The notes under the pieces were generated by a model, which saw only the letters and a list, made by a program, of their open reading frames with translations, was not told the DNA's origin and made no database searches. 64,000 nt of DNA from Eledone cirrhosa (taxonomy: Eukaryota): NCBI GenBank assembly GCA_964016885.1, contig OZ024740.1, positions 33,790,001-33,854,000 on the forward strand, in the 5' to 3' direction. A program made the translations under genes and the position numbers. Of this stretch, positions 57,247 to 64,000 are shown one piece after another (position 1 is the stretch's first letter; the number at the start of each line of letters is the position of its first letter).

Positions 57247-60200
57247 ATCTCTCTTACCAATAACCATCTTTACTGCTACCTTCCAACTCTCTCTTACCAT
57301 CAACCATCTTTACTGCTATCTTCCAACTCTCTCTTACCAATAACCATCTTTACTGCTATCTTCTAACTCTCTCTTACCATCAACCATCTTTACTGCTATC
57401 TTCCAACTCTCTCTTACCAATAACCATCTTTACTGCCATCTTCCAACTCTCTCTTACCATCAACCATCTTTTCTGCTATCTTCCAACTCTGTCTCTTACC
57501 ATCAACCATCTTTACTGCTATCTTCTAACTCTCTCTTACCATCAACCATCTTTACTGCTATCTTCCAACTCTCTCTTATCATCAACCATCTTTACTGCTA
57601 TCTTCCAACTCTCTCTTACCATCAACCATCTTTACTGCTACCTCCAACTCTCTCTTACCATCAACCATCTTTACTGCTATCTTCCAACTCTCTCTTACCA
57701 TCAACCATCTTTACTGCTACCTTCCAACTCTCTCTTACCATCAACCATCTTTACTGCTATCTTCCAACTCTCTCTTACCATCAACCATCTTTACTGCTAC
57801 CTTCCAACTCTCTCTTACCATCAACCATCTTTACTGCTATCTTCCAACTCTCTCTTACCATCAACCATCTTTACTGCTATCTTCCAACTGTCTCTAACCA
57901 TCAACCATCTTTACTGCTATCTTCCAACTCTCTCTTACCATCAACCATCTTTACTGCTATCTTCCAACGCTCTCTTACCATCAACCATCTTTACTGCTAT
58001 CTTCCAACTCTCTCTTACCAATAACCATCTTTACTGCTATCTTCTAACTCTCTCTTACCATCAACCATCTTTACTGCTATCTTCCAACTCTCTCTTACCA
58101 ATAACCATCTTTACTGCCATCTTCCAACTCTCTCTTACCATCAACCATCTTTTCTGCTATCTTCCAACTCTGTCTCTTACCATCAACCCTCTTTACTGCT
58201 ATCTTCCAACTCTCTCTTACCATCAACCATCTTTACTGCTATCTTCTAACTCTCTCTTACCATCAACCATCTTTACTGCTATCTTCCAACTCTCTCTCTT
58301 ACCATCAACCATCTTTACTGCTATCTTCTAACTCTCTCTTACCATCAACCATCTTTACTGCTACCTTCCAACTCTCTCTTACCATCAACCATCTTTACTG
58401 CTACCTTCCAACTCTCTCTTACCATCAACCATCTTTTCTGCTATCTTCCAACTCTCTCTCTTACCATCAACCCTCTTTACTGCTATCTTCCAACTCTCTC
58501 TTACCATCAACCATCTTTACTGCTATCTTCTAACTCTCTCTTACCATCAACCATCTTTACTGCTATCTTCCAACTCTCTCTCTTACCATCAACCATCTTT
58601 ACTGCTATCTTCTAACTCTCTCTTACCATCAACCATCTTTACTGCTATCTTCCAACTCTCTCTTACCATCAACCATCTTTACTGCTATCTTCCAACTCTC
58701 TCTTACCATCAACCATCTTTACTGTTATCTTCTAACTCTCTCTTACCATCAACCATCTTTACTGCTATCTTCTAACTCTCTCTTATCCTTCAAACATCTT
58801 TACTGCTATCTTCCAACTCTCTCTTACCAATAACCGTCTTTACTGCTATTTTCCAACTCTCTCTTACCATCAACCATCTTTACTGCTATCTTCCAACTCT
58901 CTCTCTTACCATCAACCATCTTTACTGCTATCTTCTAACTCTCTCTTACCATCAACCATCTTTACTGCTATCTTCTAACTCTCTCTTACCATCAACCATC
59001 TTTACTGCTATCTTCCAACTCTCTCTCTTACCATCAACCATCTTTACTGCTATCTTCTAACTCTCTCTTACCATCAACCATCTTTACTGCTATCTTCCAA
59101 CTCTCTCTTACCATCAACCATCTTTACTGCTATCTTCCAACTCTCTCTTACCATCAACCATCTTTACTGTTATCTTCTAACTCTCTCTTACCATCAACCA
59201 TCTTTACTGCTACCTTCCAACTCTCTCTTACCATCAACCATCTTTACTGCTATCTTCTAACTCTCTCTTACCATCAACCATCTTTACTGCTACCTTCCAA
59301 CTCTCTCTTACCATCAACCATCTTTACTGCTATCTTCCAACTCTCTCTTACCAATAACCATCTTTACTGCTATCTTCCAACTCTCTCTTACCATCAACCA
59401 TCTTTACTGCTATCTTCCAACTCTCTCTTACCATCAACCATCTTTACTGTTATCTTCTAACTCTCTCTTACCATCAACCATCTTTACTGCTATCTTCTAA
59501 CTCTCTCTTATCCTTCAAACATCTTTACTGCTATCTTCCAACTCTCTCTCTTACCATCAACCATCTTTACTGCTATCTTCCAACTGTCTCTTACCATCAA
59601 CCATCTTTACTGCTACCTTCCAACTTTCTCTTACCATCAACCATCTTTACTGCTATCTTCCAACACTCTCTTACCATCAACCATCTTTACTGCTATCTTC
59701 CAACTCTCTCTTACCATCAACCATCTTTACTGCTATCTTCCAACTGTCTCTTACCATCAACCATCTTTACTGCTATCTTCCAACTCTCTCTTACCATCAA
59801 CCATCTTTACTGCTATCTTCAAACTCTCTCTTACCATCAACCATCTTTACTGCTATCTTCCAACTGTCTCTAACCATCAACCATCTTTACTGCTATCTTC
59901 CAACTCTCTCTTATCATCAACCATCTTTACTGCTATCTTCCAACTCTCTCTTACCATCAACCATCTTTACTGCTATCTTCCAACTCTCTCTTACCAATAA
60001 CCATCTTTACTGCTACCTTCCAACTCTCTCTTACCATCAACCATCTTTACTGCTATCTTCCAACTCTCTCTTACCATCAACCATCTTTACTGCTATCTTC
60101 CAACTCTCTCTTACCATCAACCATCTTTACTGCTATCTTCCAACTCTCTCTTACCAATAACCATCTTTACTGCTATCTTCTAACTCTCTCTTACCATCAA

Positions 60201-63040
60201 CCATCTTTACTGCTATCTTCCAACTCTCTCTTACCATCAACCATCTTTACTGCTACCTCCAACTCTCTCTTACCATCAACCATCTTTACTGCTATCTTCC
60301 AACTCTCTCTTACCATCAACCATCTTTACTGCTACCTTCCAACTCTCTCTTACCATCAACCATCTTTACTGCTATCTTCCAACTCTCTCTTACCATCAAC
60401 CATCTTTACTGCTACCTTCCAACTCTCTCTTACCATCAACCATCTTTACTGCTATCTTCCAACTGTCTCTTACCATCAACCATCTTTACTGCTATCTTCC
60501 AACTCTCTCTTACCATCAACCATCTTTACTGCTATCTTCCAACTGTCTCTAACCATCAACCATCTTTACTGCTATCTTCCAACTCTCTCTTACCATCAAC
60601 CATCTTTACTGCTATCTTCCAACGCTCTCTTACCATCAACCATCTTTACTGCTATCTTCCAACTCTCTCTTACCAATAACCATCTTTACTGCTATCTTCT
60701 AACTCTCTCTTACCATCAACCATCTTTACTGCTATCTTCCAACTCTCTCTTACCAATAACCATCTTTACTGCCATCTTCCAACTCTCTCTTACCATCAAC
60801 CATCTTTTCTGCTATCTTCCAACTCTGTCTCTTACCATCAACCCTCTTTACTGCTATCTTCCAACTCTCTCTTACCATCAACCATCTTTACTGCTATCTT
60901 CTAACTCTCTCTTACCATCAACCATCTTTACTGCTATCTTCCAACTCTCTCTCTTACCATCAACCATCTTTACTGCTATCTTCTAACTCTCTCTTACCAT
61001 CAACCATCTTTACTGCTACCTTCCAACTCTCTCTTACCATCAACCATCTTTACTGCTACCTTCCAACTCTCTCTTACCATCAACCATCTTTACTGCTATC
61101 TTCCAACTCTCTCTTACCATCAACCATCTTTACTGCTATCTTCTAACTCTCTCTTACCATCAACCATCTTTACTGCTATCTTCCAACTCTCTCTCTTACC
61201 ATCAACCATCTTTACTGCTATCTTCTAACTCTCTCTTACCATCAACCATCTTTACTGCTACCTTCCAACTCTCTCTTACCATCAACCATCTTTACTGCTA
61301 CCTTCCAACTCTCTCTTACCATCAACCATCTTTACTGCTATCTTCCAACTCTCTCTTACCATCAACCATCTTTACTGCTATCTTCCAACTCTCTCTTACC
61401 ATCAACCATCTTTACTGTTATCTTCTAACTCTCTCTTACCATCAACCATCTTTACTGCTATCTTCTAACTCTCTCTTATCCTTCAAACATCTTTACTGCT
61501 ATCTTCCAACTCTCTCTTACCAATAACCGTCTTTACTGCTATCTTCCAACTCTCTCTTACCATCAACCATCTTTACTGCTATCTTCTAACTCTCTCTTAC
61601 CATCAACCATCTTTACTGCTATCTTCCAACTCTCTCTTACCATCAACCATCTTTACTGCTATCTTCTAACTCTCTCTTACCATCAACCATCTTTACTGCT
61701 ACCTTCCAACTCTCTCTTACCATCAACCATCTTTACTGCTATCTTCCAACTCTCTCTTACCATCAACCATCTTTACTGCTATCTTCCAACTCTCTCTTAC
61801 CATCAACCATCTTTACTGCTATCTTCCGACTCTCTCTTACCATCAACCATCTTTACTGCTATCTTCCAACTCTCTCTTACCATCAACCATCTTTACTGCT
61901 ATCTTCCAACTCTCTCTTACCATCAACCATCTTTACTGCTATCTTCCAACTCTCTCTTACCATCAACCATCTTTACTGTTATCTTCTAACTCTCTCTTAC
62001 CATCAACCATCTTTACTGCTATCTTCTAACTCTCTCTTATCCTTCAAACATCTTTACTGCTATCTTCCAACTCTCTCTTACCAATAACCGTCTTTACTGC
62101 TATCTTCCAACTCTCTCTTACCATCAACCATCTTTACTGCTATCTTCTAACTCTCTCTTACCATCAACCATCTTTACTGCTATCTTCCAACTCTCTCTCT
62201 TACCATCAACCATCTTTACTGCTATCTTCTAACTCTCTCTTACCATCAACCATCTTTACTGCTACCTTCCAACTCTCTCTTACCATCAACCATCTTTACT
62301 GCTATCTTCCAACTCTCTCTTACCAATAACCATCTTTACTGCTATCTTCCAACTCTCTCTTACCATCAACCATCTTTACTGCTATCTTCCAACTCTCTCT
62401 TACCATCAACCATCTTTACTGTTATCTTCTAACTCTCTCTTACCATCAACCATCTTTACTGCTATCTTCTAACTCTCTCTTATCCTTCAAACATCTTTAC
62501 TGCTATCTTCCAACTCTCTCTCTTACCATCAACCATCTTTACTGCTATCTTCCAACTGTCTCTTACCATCAACCATCTTTACTGCTACCTTCCAACTTTC
62601 TCTTACCATCAACCATCTTTACTGCTATCTTCCAACACTCTCTTACCATCAACCATCTTTACTGCTATCTTCCAACTCTCTCTTACCATCAACCATCTTT
62701 ACTGCTATCTTCCAACTGTCTCTTACCATCAACCATCTTTACTGCTATCTTCCAACTCTCTCTTACCATCAACCATCTTTACTGCTATCTTCAAACTCTC
62801 TCTTACCATCAACCATCTTTACTGCTATCTTCCAACTGTCTCTAACCATCAACCATCTTTACTGCTATCTTCCAACTCTCTCTTATCATCAACCATCTTT
62901 ACTGCTATCTTCCAACTCTCTCTTACCATCAACCATCTTTACTGCTATCTTCCAAATCTCTCTTACCAATAACCATCTTTACTGCTACCTTCCAACTCTC
63001 TCTTACCATCAACCATCTTTACTGCTATCTTCCAACTCTC
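55970..63040. repeat. Repeated block of about 1.3 kb, offset 5709 bp (about 55970..57330 and about 61680..63040)
   Basis: TATCCTTCAAAC 56329/62038 and 56772/62481. The rare CCAAATCTC variant was seen only at 57247 and 62956. Boundaries are approximate. Confidence 0.7.
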
Positions 63041-64000
63041 TCTTACCATCAACCATCTTTACTGCTATCTTCCAACTCTCTCTTACCATCAACCATCTTT
63101 ACTGCTATCTTCCAACTCTCTCTTACCAATAACCATCTTTACTGCTATCTTCTAACTCTCTCTTACCATCAACCATCTTTACTGCTATCTTCCAACTCTC
63201 TCTTACCATCAACCATCTTTACTGCTACCTCCAACTCTCTCTTACCATCAACCATCTTTACTGCTATCTTCCAACTCTCTCTTACCATCAACCATCTTTA
63301 CTGCTACCTTCCAACTCTCTCTTACCATCAACCATCTTTACTGCTATCTTCCAACTCTCTCTTACCATCAACCATCTTTACTGCTACCTTCCAACTCTCT
63401 CTTACCATCAACCATCTTTACTGCTATCTTCCAACTGTCTCTTACCATCAACCATCTTTACTGCTATCTTCCAACTCTCTCTTACCATCAACCATCTTTA
63501 CTGCTATCTTCCAACTGTCTCTAACCATCAACCATCTTTACTGCTATCTTCCAACTCTCTCTTACCATCAACCATCTTTACTGCTATCTTCCAACGCTCT
63601 CTTACCATCAACCATCTTTACTGCTATCTTCCAACTCTCTCTTACCAATAACCATCTTTACTGCTATCTTCTAACTCTCTCTTACCATCAACCATCTTTA
63701 CTGCTATCTTCCAACTCTCTCTTACCAATAACCATCTTTACTGCCATCTTCCAACTCTCTCTTACCATCAACCATCTTTTCTGCTATCTTCCAACTCTGT
63801 CTCTTACCATCAACCCTCTTTACTGCTATCTTCCAACTCTCTCTTACCATCAACCATCTTTACTGCTATCTTCTAACTCTCTCTTACCATCAACCATCTT
63901 TACTGCTATCTTCCAACTCTCTCTCTTACCATCAACCATCTTTACTGCTATCTTCTAACTCTCTCTTACCATCAACCATCTTTACTGCTACCTTCCAACT

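Larger units (their letters stand above)
1..64000. repeat. 40-bp tandem satellite array, about 1600 monomers, consensus ATCAACCATCTTTACTGCTATCTTCCAACTCTCTCTTACC
   Basis: Positions 1-40 match the consensus, and the unit recurs continuously to position 64000 in one orientation. Most copies carry 0-2 substitutions. Length variants seen are 42 bp (extra CT), 41 bp (TATCCTTCAAAC), 39 bp (TACCTCCAAC) and 33 bp (7-bp deletion). Consensus composition is A9 C15 G1 T15. Confidence 0.99.

Noticed and set aside
1-64000. CRISPR array
   Set aside because: The repeats are directly adjacent with no unique spacers. There is no leader, no cas gene and no palindromic repeat structure.
1-64000. Telomerase-synthesised telomeric repeat
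   Set aside because: The C-rich/G-rich strand bias is suggestive, but variants are inherited in multi-kb ordered blocks. That indicates DNA-level duplication, not repeated copying of one RNA template. No chromosome end is visible. A recombination-maintained terminal satellite cannot be excluded from this window.
1-64000. G-quadruplex or hairpin/cruciform array
   Set aside because: The - strand consensus has only GG doublets (three per monomer) and no GGG runs. The near absence of G on the + strand precludes stable inverted-repeat pairing.
1-64000. Pure sequencing artefact such as a rolling-circle concatemer or random error pattern
   Set aside because: Variants recur at exact, nested offsets with hierarchical sharing, which neither random error nor a single circular template would produce. 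Individual large duplications still need read validation.
1-64000. Variant order as an information-bearing code or diversity-generating cassette system
   Set aside because: The ordering is adequately explained by neutral mutation plus block duplication. No recombinase, reverse transcriptase or expression locus is present in the window.

Overview
The whole 64-kb window is one uninterrupted, head-to-tail, single-orientation tandem array of a 40-bp monomer. The + strand consensus is ATCAACCATCTTTACTGCTATCTTCCAACTCTCTCTTACC, and 64000/40 gives about 1600 copies. I saw no unique sequence, gene, transposon, inversion or CRISPR spacer, and the array runs off both edges. The six listed ORFs are by-products: the consensus + strand has no stop codon, and rare variants create ATG or GTG. 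The real information lies in the order of the monomer variants. This order shows nested, near-identical multi-kb duplications at offsets 6009, 9499, 12181, 3621, 9006 and 5709 bp, smaller ones at 1122 and 240 bp, and three regional variant domains. This fits an actively amplifying satellite or minisatellite-like array, most plausibly eukaryotic (inference). I do not recognise the family. All offsets were read by eye from diagnostic variants, not from a computed alignment. The sequence alone does not support a novel protein-coding or RNA system.
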